Positions 41,248-50,434 of a stretch of 64,000 nt of DNA are shown piece after piece. The DNA lies in contig JBNJDX010000006.1 of assembly GCA_051745285.1 (NCBI GenBank), positions 26-64,025 on the forward strand, given 5' to 3'. The notes below the pieces were generated by a model. That model made no database searches and was not told the DNA's origin. It was given only the letters and a program-made list of their open reading frames with translations. This DNA is from Spirochaetota bacterium (lineage in GTDB: Bacteria; Spirochaetota; Spirochaetia; CAKZLE01). Made by a program: the position numbers and the translations under genes. Within the stretch, counting starts at the first letter, position 1. Each line of letters begins with the position of its first letter.

Positions 41248-41806
41248 GGGCAGCCTCCTATAGGCGCAGTATAACACCTGCACTGCGTTTCAGGATACGG
41301 CAAATGCGTCGCAGGGGCAAGGTTATCATGGCTCAGTGTTGTTGTTCACAGATTACACTGCCAATTACCTGTTTAGAAACATCAGCACCCTCTCCCTGGC
41401 AAGCTGTGTTGTACTTTAAAATGGATTCCCATCTCATCAAACCTGGACATACTTCTGTCTCATACGATACCAGCCCAAAGGTGCACCCCTATCACATTCG
41501 TGATACCACCATGTGCAAAGATTGATTCGTCCGCTTTTCCTGCAGCCCAGGAAGGCTCCTGATCTGTCTCTGAATGTGAGCAGACTGTAGGAAACCAGCT
41601 TAAAGATACATCAGAATTCGTGATATAATACCGGGTACCCTCGTCCGCGAGAGAGTGTCAATCTTAAACAGCTTGCTTGCTTTGCAGCATGTGGTACATG
41701 GAGGTGTCGCGTACACTGTAGTCTCAGATACTTGCAATACAGTTGTTGAGGTGTACGTTTCGGCTGCTAATCCAGCATGTAACGTCTGCTTATGGAGATA
41801 CTTTGA

Positions 41807-42775
41807 ATGAACATAATGAACACATTGAGCTTAGTGTTGCTCTGTATAATTGGAATAGTTGTGACCTTTCTCCTTCTTTCCACCCTAAATCATTGTTACC
41901 GCCTACGTAAAGAAGCCAAAGCATTTCCGCCACCGGGGAAGATGGTTGCTGTTGCTCATACGCGTATGCACGTGTATCAAAGTGGAAAGGGGGAGACTAC
42001 CCTTGTGTTCATGGCCGGACACGGTACCAGCTGTCCAACTATCGACTTTAAACCGCTATGGATGAAGCTGCTACCTGATTACAGAATTGCTGTGGCAGAA
42101 AGAGCAGGTTATGGCTGGAGTGAATCATCACGATGCCCCAGAGACCTGGATACCGTACTTGAACAAACACGACAAGCTCTGGAACTTGCCGGAGAACGGG
42201 GGCCGTACATCCTGGTTCCGCATTCCATGGCAGGTCTGGAGGCTATCTACTGGGCACACAGATATCCTCACGAGGTGAAAGCCATTATCGGGCTTGACCC
42301 CCTGGTACCCGATTTTGTCGAACATTCCCTTGAAATGCCACACAAAATCAATATGTATGCAATGGCCTTTGTCTCCCGAATGGGGTTTTCCAGACTCATG
42401 CCTAAAACCCAATTAGTAAAGACATTCCCTCTGCTGAATTCCAGGCACCTGAGCGAGGAAGATAAGAAACAATTCCTGGCAATGTTCTACAAGAGTACCT
42501 ATACAAAAGATATGGTACGAGAGATTGACTTCTTGAAGGATAATGCCAAACAGGTTCAAACAAAGAAAGCTCCTAGCAGCATACCTATGTACTTTTTTAT
42601 TTCAGATGGTACAGAAGTCCCTGGTGACGATTGGAGAACGTACTTAGTAGATTACATACAGCAGTGTACACCAGGGAACTATACCTGTCTTGACTGCGGT
42701 CATTATGTACATCATGCAAGAGCGGATACCATTGCCGCCGAAATGAAGATGTTTATTGCGAACATGGTAAGTTGA
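41807..42775 (+). CDS. Membrane-anchored alpha/beta hydrolase
   Basis: 322 aa. N-terminal TM helix, oxyanion MAGHG, nucleophile elbow variant PHSMAG, C-terminal His in CGHYVHH. Confidence 0.75.
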   Translation: MNIMNTLSLVLLCIIGIVVTFLLLSTLNHCYRLRKEAKAFPPPGKMVAVAHTRMHVYQSGKGETTLVFMAGHGTSCPTIDFKPLWMKLLPDYRIAVAERAGYGWSESSRCPRDLDTVLEQTRQALELAGERGPYILVPHSMAGLEAIYWAHRYPHEVKAIIGLDPLVPDFVEHSLEMPHKINMYAMAFVSRMGFSRLMPKTQLVKTFPLLNSRHLSEEDKKQFLAMFYKSTYTKDMVREIDFLKDNAKQVQTKKAPSSIPMYFFISDGTEVPGDDWRTYLVDYIQQCTPGNYTCLDCGHYVHHARADTIAAEMKMFIANMVS

Positions 42776-42975
42776 CAGTCAGATCAGACCTGCTTCAATC
42801 TCTGAACTCTCATGACGCAAATAATTCATTATCTGTGATGGGGTTGCCTGCTTGAGAAGGCTCTGACTGTTCCCTCAACCCAACGACAGTTTCTGTCACC
42901 GCCTACCCGCTTTCCAGTGGCAAGGCTGTCTCACATCCAGCAGTCTATTGGTTTTTCTTCCCCTTACCTGGGACA

Positions 42976-43599
42976 TCAAGCTTCTAGCAGGTTGTTCTGC
43001 AGCACAAAGTAGACAAGGGCTGCGGCGTTACTGGTTTTTGTTTTATCGCGCAGTCTCCTTCTGTATGTCTCCACTGTGGTTGGTGAAATATTGAGGGCAA
43101 GTGAGATATCGTTTGCGGTGTAACCGTCCATCATCATTTTCACGATAACCTTTTCCCGACCACTGAGTTCTACCCCATCTTTACATGCTCTATCGGCAGA
43201 ATGAGAAGAAAATGAACCTGCCCGCAGGGAACTACCATGCATGAGGATCGTGGCGGCAACCTGTTCAAGACTGTCATATGATTTGACAATGGCATCAGTC
43301 CCGGCGACAACAACTTGTTCAGCAAACGAAACGCCCCGGTCAAAATCCAGGCAGACCACTGATGAGGAGGTCTGCTTTTTCACTGTCTCTACGAGTCGAG
43401 GTACTTGTACATCCTTGATTTCAGAGGATATGAGAACGACATCACAAAAATCAGCATCTCTATAGCAATGCTCGAGTAGGCGGTTTCCACAGCTAAAGGT
43501 TTCTACCACATGAATATCAATCCGCTGGGCAAACACCGAGGTAAGCATAGTCCTGACTAGTTCCTGAGATTCTGTGAGTGCGAGTCTTACAACATCCAT
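42976..43599 (-). CDS. LuxR/GerE-family regulator with atypical (pseudo-)receiver domain
   Basis: ATG 43599 behind GGGAGGA; 207 aa. The C-terminus SGREKVIVKMMMDGYTANDISLALNISPTTVETYRRRL is a GerE HTH. The N-terminal REC-like fold lacks the acidic pocket (LALTES instead of DD) and the phospho-acceptor Asp (DVVLISS). Confidence 0.75.
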   Translation of the reverse strand: MDVVRLALTESQELVRTMLTSVFAQRIDIHVVETFSCGNRLLEHCYRDADFCDVVLISSEIKDVQVPRLVETVKKQTSSSVVCLDFDRGVSFAEQVVVAGTDAIVKSYDSLEQVAATILMHGSSLRAGSFSSHSADRACKDGVELSGREKVIVKMMMDGYTANDISLALNISPTTVETYRRRLRDKTKTSNAAALVYFVLQNNLLEA

Positions 43600-43730
43600 G
43601 GTTCCTCCCGCTAGGGTGCGTAATTCTGTAGATCTCGCCACTTTTTTGCATTACTCAAGAGTAATGCGGGAGGAATACGGGGTCCATTCACTGCAGAGAA
43701 ATAATTGCTTCCCTGTAGTGAATGGCTATG

Positions 43731-45647
43731 TCATGAAAGGATGGTGCGGCTTACTGCTTCCCGGTTTCGGTCATTGAACAGGTCCTTATCTGCATACATA
43801 GCGTCTATTCGTTCCTGATACATCTCAGTGACCTTGTAGCGAACCATTTTCATGGTTGAATTAATGAGGCCATCCTCTTCGGAGAACTCCTTGGGGATGA
43901 TCTCAAAGACCTCTGGAACCCACTGCTGAGGGATAAGACCCGGTTCGTTGCGTTTAAACCGATAAAAATCCTCCTGGATCATCTTAAGCACCTCATCGGC
44001 TTCCATCTGGGATTCCATTTGCTGTTTTACTTTCTCCGCATGTATGGTAACAAGCGCTCCGGTAAACGTCTTGTGATCATTGTATACTAACACCTGATTA
44101 ACGAACTCGGCATGATTTATCACGGCTTCCTCAACCTCTTCGGGTGAGAATTTCTCGCCGTCACTGGCTATAAGAAGAGCTTTTGCACGGCCAGTAACCA
44201 CCAGAAACCCGTCTTCATCGAAATACCCGAGGTCACCAGTCCATAGCCATCCGTCCCGGAGAACTTCTTTTGAGGCCTTCTCGTTTTTGTAGTAGCCCTG
44301 CATGACATTCTTTCCGCGAATGACGATCTCTCCACGCTCCCCCTGACTGGCCTGCTGTGTCTCTGATTTCATGATCTTACATTCAACACTGGGAGCGATA
44401 ATGCCAGAGGTACCAAACTTATGCTTTTTTGGAGTGTTTGAGCAGATAATGGGAGCGGCCTCGGTCAACCCGTATCCCTGATATATGGGGACCCCGATCG
44501 CTGCGAAAAAATTTTGCTGGCGGACTTCAAGCAGTGCACCACCGCCAACACAATACCTCAACTGATCCCCGAAAATGCTTCTCACCTTTGGAAACACAAG
44601 GAGCGAAGCCAGTTTATGCGGCCAGAAGTTTATAAATCGTACCCAAGGTGACGGCTTATTCCAACCATCTCCGTTGATTCGGATACCGGCCTGTACTCCC
44701 GCAGTAAAAATTGCATTAATCAGCTTTCCCTTCTTTGCCACCCCGGCAGTAATTTTCTTCATAAAATTACCCGTAAGGGAAGGAACAGTCATGAGAAATG
44801 TGGGGTTAGTCTCTGTAAGGTTCCCCGGTATATTCCGGATAATATTCTTTGATCCTCCCCTGGCATCTACGAAATTCAGGGTAATGCCCCGCAAGAGAGA
44901 AGCATACGTTCCGACCGTATGAGCAAAGGAGTGATCCAGAGGAAGAATCACGAGAGTAGAGAAGCTTGCATCCTCAAGCTTGAACAGATCCACACCATCT
45001 TGTGCATTTGCCCAGTAATTTAAATGACTGAGCATAATTCCCTTGGGATTGCCTGTTGTCCCGGAGGTGTAGCAGATGTTTATCACATCGTTTTCATCGA
45101 TTGTCGGTTCAATGTCGCTGACAAGGGCTGGCTCCTTCTGGAGCCTGTCCGAGCCAAGCTGTCCGAGATCACTCCAGGTAAAGATTCCCTTCCCCCGTTC
45201 CAGATTCAGATCCTTGCAAGCTGTTACAAAGTTGTCGTCATCCTCATCCAGATAAAAAATCAAAGGCGGTTTGTCGACGTATTGCCAGGCACTGACAAGC
45301 TTGCCTATAGTATTGCTGCTGACAAAAAATCCCTGAGCACCAGAATGGTTAACTCTGAAAGCTATCTCTTCAAAGGAGAGTTTTATTGACAGGGGCACTG
45401 AAATGCAGGCAGCTTTTACAACGCCAAATTCAGCGGTAATCCACTCAGGCCGGCCTTCTGCCACAATTGAAGCTTTGCTTTGGTGTGAAAAACCGAGACT
45501 TAACAAAGCTGCGGCAATCTGGTCTGACTCCCGGTCTGTGTCTTTGAATGTCCATCCTACCCAGCCGGAGTCTATCTTCTTCGTGGTGTAGTGCCGATTC
45601 GGATAACGGTCTGCCGCCTCATGCAGCATCCTGATAACTGTACGCAT
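43731..45647 (-). CDS. Long-chain-fatty-acid--CoA ligase (AMP-forming adenylating enzyme)
   Basis: 638 aa. Motifs YTSGTTGNPKG, GYGLTE, TGDLG. Confidence 0.9.
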   Translation of the reverse strand: MRTVIRMLHEAADRYPNRHYTTKKIDSGWVGWTFKDTDRESDQIAAALLSLGFSHQSKASIVAEGRPEWITAEFGVVKAACISVPLSIKLSFEEIAFRVNHSGAQGFFVSSNTIGKLVSAWQYVDKPPLIFYLDEDDDNFVTACKDLNLERGKGIFTWSDLGQLGSDRLQKEPALVSDIEPTIDENDVINICYTSGTTGNPKGIMLSHLNYWANAQDGVDLFKLEDASFSTLVILPLDHSFAHTVGTYASLLRGITLNFVDARGGSKNIIRNIPGNLTETNPTFLMTVPSLTGNFMKKITAGVAKKGKLINAIFTAGVQAGIRINGDGWNKPSPWVRFINFWPHKLASLLVFPKVRSIFGDQLRYCVGGGALLEVRQQNFFAAIGVPIYQGYGLTEAAPIICSNTPKKHKFGTSGIIAPSVECKIMKSETQQASQGERGEIVIRGKNVMQGYYKNEKASKEVLRDGWLWTGDLGYFDEDGFLVVTGRAKALLIASDGEKFSPEEVEEAVINHAEFVNQVLVYNDHKTFTGALVTIHAEKVKQQMESQMEADEVLKMIQEDFYRFKRNEPGLIPQQWVPEVFEIIPKEFSEEDGLINSTMKMVRYKVTEMYQERIDAMYADKDLFNDRNREAVSRTILS

Positions 45648-45688
45648 ACTGATCTCCTTCCCAAGGGTGCCTCTAAATGTTTTCGGAC

Positions 45689-45718
45689 AGTATAATGCAT
45701 TTTGTCAGCGTTGACCAA
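45689..45718 (-). promoter_or_regulatory. Putative sigma70-type promoter for the acyl-CoA ligase gene
   Basis: Minus strand reads TTGGTC (45718-45713), an 18-nt spacer, then TATACT (45694-45689). It sits about 40 nt upstream of ATG 45647, with GGAAGGAG in the leader. Confidence 0.35.
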
Positions 45719-45904
45719 CATTTTTCGCACTATCGGGTTATCGGTTTTTTTGCATCTAGGGCGGCTGAGATTTGAGCTGCAGTTACAAGAGCGCCTACAC
45801 ATCGCAAGTATGAATTAAGCTCGTAAAAACAGGTGAGCAGTATGCTCTTTAGTCAGGCGGCTCATCAACCTGGGCAAACCAGTAGAACCGAATTCTTGAT
45901 TATT

Positions 45905-47056
45905 TTAGTAGGTGCACTTGCGCGCCTCATCAGCAAAGGCCATAACAAGTTCAGGGTCTGCATCAAAGAAATGGTCTGAGGGGGATAGAATATATCCTCC
46001 TCCTGCTCCAGCGGCCTCAAAGCATTCCCTGACCTTCTTACGGGTCTCCTCGGGGGAGCATCCGTAGAAATAATGGGCCTGATCAAAGCCTCCTATCATG
46101 CATACTTGATCGCCGATGCGCTCTTTGGCTTCTGCAAGATCGACATCTGCACCCATTTCGCGGGGAGTGAACGTCTCCATTGCAACCGGCCCCATACCAG
46201 CAATATCTTCAAGAATCGGCATCATTCCCCCGCACGTGTGATACGTTATGGGAATCCCGGCCTCATCCTGAGCCGCACGAATGATCGGCTCATCATACGG
46301 GGCAACAAAACGTCTGAAGATATCGGGGTTGATGACCGTAGTGGAGGCATCTCCTCCCCCCATTTCAACAACATCATATCTTGCCCCTCGCAGAGAGCGA
46401 GCGTAGTGGAGTTTTCGTGCTTGAATTATTCTCAAGGCCTCGTGCACCCACTCGGGGTCATCAAAGGTGTCCATGATAGCCTGTTCGGTGCCGCGCAAAC
46501 AGCAAAAATCCTGCCAGCATCCCGGCTGCCCGTAGATGTCGTTGGAAATAATTGAACCCCGCACAATTCCCCACTGACCAATCTCTTCTACCTGTTGATT
46601 CACTGCTTCAACATCGCAGATCGGCATCGTCTGGAATTCCCCGAACAGTTCAATATCCTTTTTCTCCTTTAACGGACATTCGGCCACCCAGTCGGTGTAG
46701 CCGTTTCCCTGAATAACGGCAGTCAGCTCGCCCCTGGGAGTAACAATGGTCTTGCGTATCGTTTCAAACCGCGAATCGGGAATCTTCTCAGACTGTATTC
46801 TCCAGCTATCTGAGATAATAGGAAAAGGATCTATATGCTCTGCTTCAGGAGCAGTATATGCTCCCTGAGACGCATCGGGCTTTACACTCGTATCCCAATG
46901 TATGGGATCCAGCCCGGTGGTGTCAAAAAATTCCTCGTTCGTGATCCCCCCCATATAGGTGTCTAAAAAATAGGGCATAACGTGGTGAGTCGTCACCGGC
47001 AGTCGGTCAGTACTCTCCCGGTTCAGGGCTGCTATCAGCCGTTGTTTTGAAGTCAT
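45905..47056 (-). CDS. Uroporphyrinogen decarboxylase (URO-D) family protein, MtaA/CmuA-like
   Basis: ATG 47056 gives MTSKQRLIAALNRESTDRLPV, the canonical URO-D-family N-terminus (383 aa). The track ORF extends 52 codons further to a TTG with no RBS. Confidence 0.75.
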   Translation of the reverse strand: MTSKQRLIAALNRESTDRLPVTTHHVMPYFLDTYMGGITNEEFFDTTGLDPIHWDTSVKPDASQGAYTAPEAEHIDPFPIISDSWRIQSEKIPDSRFETIRKTIVTPRGELTAVIQGNGYTDWVAECPLKEKKDIELFGEFQTMPICDVEAVNQQVEEIGQWGIVRGSIISNDIYGQPGCWQDFCCLRGTEQAIMDTFDDPEWVHEALRIIQARKLHYARSLRGARYDVVEMGGGDASTTVINPDIFRRFVAPYDEPIIRAAQDEAGIPITYHTCGGMMPILEDIAGMGPVAMETFTPREMGADVDLAEAKERIGDQVCMIGGFDQAHYFYGCSPEETRKKVRECFEAAGAGGGYILSPSDHFFDADPELVMAFADEARKCTY

Positions 47057-47416
47057 ACGGTCATTAACTCCTTTGTTTGTTATCATATAACGCTGAAGCT
47101 GCTGCACGTCACTCTCTCTCCACTCTCCAGCATCGGAAGGCCGTGAGTACACCGGGTAATCGTAGCAGTACCGCCAGTCATTGGTCCATCCATCCACAGG
47201 AATTTCACTCAATTAACACGGAAGTTTTTCAGCCGTTAATAACAAATAACCGTAGGAATTGGGAATCACCCATTCTTGTTGACAGGTTGTAACCCTTAGG
47301 GCGACGAACATAGGCACCTCGTCTTCAAATGCCCATATAATGTAATTAGTATATATTTGTTATCTTTACACAGATAACATCTTGAACTATCTCGACAGCT
47401 TTACTATATTGCATGC

Positions 47417-48088
47417 ATGAATATTCTTGGCATCATCGCTTCTTTTGGCTTTGTCGGGATCGTGTTGGTCTTTGCTTTGACAGTACATAAAGTTACTAGA
47501 ACCCCGACATGGGTCACGAGAAAAATTGTCCATATCTTAGTCTCAAATTGGTGGTTTTTGCTCTTAGGGTTCTTCACAGAGCTCACCTATGCAGTCATCG
47601 GCCCGCTGTTTTTTATCGTAGCAAATCTCGTCTCCTACCAGTACCATCTCATTCCCGCCATAGAACTGGCTGACAACAGAAAAAATCTGGGAACCGTGTA
47701 TTTCCCCATAACACTTCTCATCCTGGTAGTCCTAGGCTACACCGGTGCGATCTCTCTCTATGCCGGCGGCGTTGGAGTACTTGTCATGGGATACGCTGAC
47801 GGTCTAGCTGCGCTGGTCGGGAAACGTTTCGGCCGCCTGGAGATTCAAATTGACGGTAGAACAAAGACACTCGCCGGAACTCTCACCATGTTCGCGGTCA
47901 GTTTTCTTGTTGTGTTTATACTCAACAACCTTTGGTCTGCTGCCCCTCTGGCGATAGTTGCAGTTGTGGGTATCGCAGTCACAGCAGCCCTTGTAGAGCT
48001 GCTCACGCCCTTCGGTCTGGATAACATAACTGTTCCCATCATAACCGCCTTTGTGTACAATGCCTTCACCGCAGCAGGCTCAGGTTAA
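47417..48088 (+). CDS. Polyprenol/phytol kinase family protein (VTE5/dolichol kinase-like, CTP-dependent)
   Basis: 223 aa polytopic protein. C-terminal motif GYADGLAALVGKRFGR...KTLAGTLTMF matches the phytol/dolichol kinase pattern GDG.A..vG...G....KS.EGS. Confidence 0.75.
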   Translation: MNILGIIASFGFVGIVLVFALTVHKVTRTPTWVTRKIVHILVSNWWFLLLGFFTELTYAVIGPLFFIVANLVSYQYHLIPAIELADNRKNLGTVYFPITLLILVVLGYTGAISLYAGGVGVLVMGYADGLAALVGKRFGRLEIQIDGRTKTLAGTLTMFAVSFLVVFILNNLWSAAPLAIVAVVGIAVTAALVELLTPFGLDNITVPIITAFVYNAFTAAGSG

Positions 48089-48099
48089 AAGGAACATCT

Positions 48100-48906
48100 A
48101 TGACGCTTGTTATTATTGCAGTCAATATTCTGATTGCCTCAGCAGCCTACAGAAGAAGATCCCTGTCGCGAACAGGAGGAGCTGCCGGGGCAATGATCGG
48201 AGCTGGCATCTGGCTTGCAGCCGGAGCGCTTTTCTGGGGGATCCTGGCCTTCTTCTTTGTCACTTCTTCTGTGTTCAGCAAACTCGGCACTATTCGCAAG
48301 GAACGGCTCAAGCAGCTTCATGCGAAGCATAGTGTACGTGACGCTGTTCAGGTGGTTGCCAATGCCGGTACAGCACTGGCGGCAGCTCTTCTGTACGGTG
48401 TGACCGCCCATCCGGTTTTTGCTAGTATTTTTGGTGCAACTGTCGCAGCGGCTACAGCAGATACCTGGGCAAGTGAGATCGGTTTTCTCAGTCGCAGTCG
48501 TCCTGTTTCTATTTCCACCGGGAGGCCTGTTGAATCGGGTATTTCAGGGGGCATAACAGCATTGGGAACAATCATGGCCGGCTCCGGGGCTTTGAGTGTC
48601 GGAGTGCTGTTCGCTCTCGGAAGAACGTGGAGTACTGGGTCCCTTGCTGCCGGAGTAGTAACAACCGTCATTATCACCCTTGCAGGTTTTCTTGCGTCCC
48701 TCGTAGACAGTCTCCTCGGGTCAACGCTTCAGGTTCACTATATTATTCCCGATAAAGGCATTATCACCGAGCGCGCGCAGGTTAACGGTCAACTGCTTCC
48801 CAGACACAGAGGTCTCTCCTGGATAACCAATGATACAGTCAACGCACTCAGCGGACTCTTTGCTGCGGCCCTCGCAGGTGGACTCCACCTGCTGCTTCTT
48901 ACTTAA
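48100..48906 (+). CDS. DUF92/TMEM19 (COG1836) membrane protein, VTE6-like putative prenyl-phosphate kinase
   Basis: 268 aa polytopic protein. Motifs SSVFSKLG...RDAVQVVANAG and ATADTWASEIG. Begins 11 nt after the kinase-like gene. Confidence 0.75.
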   Translation: MTLVIIAVNILIASAAYRRRSLSRTGGAAGAMIGAGIWLAAGALFWGILAFFFVTSSVFSKLGTIRKERLKQLHAKHSVRDAVQVVANAGTALAAALLYGVTAHPVFASIFGATVAAATADTWASEIGFLSRSRPVSISTGRPVESGISGGITALGTIMAGSGALSVGVLFALGRTWSTGSLAAGVVTTVIITLAGFLASLVDSLLGSTLQVHYIIPDKGIITERAQVNGQLLPRHRGLSWITNDTVNALSGLFAAALAGGLHLLLLT

Positions 48907-49571
48907 CTGACTACAAATAGGTTGAGCCCGAGAAAAAAGAGCAGCTGGATACCCAAGATACTCAGGACAACGGTATTTCGCCGATAGGAGAGCTTCATTC
49001 CCTGAAACAGGCCAGCACAGCAAGCAGATATGATGCCCCAGGCAATGTAGTTCTGCAGTGGAATAGCCCCGCCGCTCCAGCTCCAGTAGTCGAGCTCAAT
49101 GGCTACCGGCTCCAGAACGATATCGAACAGGACAGTAAAAACGGCTGTGCCTGCAATCCTGAGCCAGATGCGGTTAGTCAGCCGCTCCAACACTGCCAGC
49201 GCTCCTAGAACAACGATGATCCAGTTCATACCAATAAGCAAAGGAACCTCAAGTAATTGTAACCCGAGCGTTTGGCCGTATTCGTACGAACCAAAGATCA
49301 TTCCTGTTTTCACCCCGATAATTTCCAGAACAAGTGTGATAAACCCGGTTATTGCAGCCCAAAGAAGTACTCCTTTGTCACGAAGAACAACATACGGAAT
49401 GACAGCCAGCACTATGGTTGCAAGTATCATATACGGAGTCAGCGTAATCATCAGCTCCCGAGTACGGTCCCAAGTATGGCCCAACAGCCCTACAGCATAA
49501 AAAAGAGCCAGCAGCCGAGGTACCCATGTATAGTACCCCTGACTTGGAAACGACCCCCTGTTTTGGCTCAT
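48903..49571 (-). CDS. Carotenoid biosynthesis membrane protein (PF04240-like, CruF-type C-1',2' hydratase family)
   Basis: 222 aa polytopic protein. Motifs GVKTGMIFGSYEYGQTLG and FDIVLEPVAIELDYWSW as I recall for this family. The ATG overlaps the crtB stop (ATGA). Confidence 0.65.
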   Translation of the reverse strand: MSQNRGSFPSQGYYTWVPRLLALFYAVGLLGHTWDRTRELMITLTPYMILATIVLAVIPYVVLRDKGVLLWAAITGFITLVLEIIGVKTGMIFGSYEYGQTLGLQLLEVPLLIGMNWIIVVLGALAVLERLTNRIWLRIAGTAVFTVLFDIVLEPVAIELDYWSWSGGAIPLQNYIAWGIISACCAGLFQGMKLSYRRNTVVLSILGIQLLFFLGLNLFVVS

Positions 49572-50404
49572 GATATTCTCCCTCCTGCAAACAGTACGCG
49601 TACTGCCTGGCTGAAAATTCTACCCGAAGACGGTTTAACCTTCTGCTCAAAGACTACCGAGGGATTCTCCCAAATTGTCCTGGCTGTCCACCGGTACATC
49701 TGTGCAGCTGTAACGATGGGAATCCGGTACCGCCTCGGGAGATACGTATACCCCTTCTCAGCCTCCTGCTGCCAGATCTCATACTGATCGATCTGTTCCC
49801 TGATAAAGCTGGTAAAAAGTTCTGGACAGCGTTCATACGAACTTTTTGAAAGATCCTGGAGCCCTTCGGGGAGATTGGGAAGATATCTTCGCCCCAGTGC
49901 TACATCCTCGTCGATATCACGAATAAAGTTGATATACTGCATAGCACGGCCGAGCAGCTTAGCATAATCGTCGGCCTCATGAGCAATTCCCAAAATTCGA
50001 TTCATGTACAAGCCTATTACCTCTGCTGAACCGTAGATATACTCAAGTGTCTCATCCATGGTCTCGTAGGCCTGCTTGAAGAGATCAAGTTCCATCGAAT
50101 GGAGAAAGGCCTCTGTCCAGGAGGGGTCAAACTGTTTCTCCCGCTGCAGCGCAATAAAATCATCGATGACCCTCCTATCAGAGGACAGGCCATGCTTCCA
50201 GGCCTCGCGGTAATCGGCGCTAAAGCGGTAAAAGCCCTCTTTATCCTGGGGGACAGCATCAACATAGTTGTCTGCAACCCGAACAAAGGCATACAGGACA
50301 GAGACCTCCTGTCGCTTTTTCCGAGGGAACAGGAGTGAGCTCGTATAATAGGTTTTGCTGCCAGCTTTAAATATCTGCTGCTGCTTATTGCCGCTTACTT
50401 CCAT
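49568..50404 (-). CDS. crtB: Phytoene synthase (squalene/phytoene synthase family)
   Basis: 278 aa. Asp-rich motifs FVRVADNYVD and FIRDIDEDV. Adjacent to crtI. Confidence 0.9.
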   Translation of the reverse strand: MEVSGNKQQQIFKAGSKTYYTSSLLFPRKKRQEVSVLYAFVRVADNYVDAVPQDKEGFYRFSADYREAWKHGLSSDRRVIDDFIALQREKQFDPSWTEAFLHSMELDLFKQAYETMDETLEYIYGSAEVIGLYMNRILGIAHEADDYAKLLGRAMQYINFIRDIDEDVALGRRYLPNLPEGLQDLSKSSYERCPELFTSFIREQIDQYEIWQQEAEKGYTYLPRRYRIPIVTAAQMYRWTARTIWENPSVVFEQKVKPSSGRIFSQAVRVLFAGGRIS

Positions 50405-50434
50405 ATATGCGAGACCTCACCCCTGTTACACCCT

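Noticed and set aside
41304-41525. 73-aa ORF in the pepT-hydrolase gap
   Set aside because: It has no Shine-Dalgarno sequence and a Cys/Thr/Pro/His-rich composition, and its 5' end lies within ~60 nt of the pepT start, inside the likely pepT promoter region. It is more likely non-coding.
47057-47212. 52-codon N-terminal extension of the URO-D-family ORF. Similar track extensions occur at 4086-4139, 6092-6280, 10030-10053, 11481-11537, 13682-13702, 29354-29395, 34097-34132, 41248-41283, 57574-57696 and 61272-61382.
   Set aside because: The extensions begin at TTG/GTG or at ATG codons lacking an RBS. An internal ATG with a good GGAGG-type site gives the canonical family N-terminus in each case. 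Coordinates were trimmed accordingly, though the starts remain predictions.
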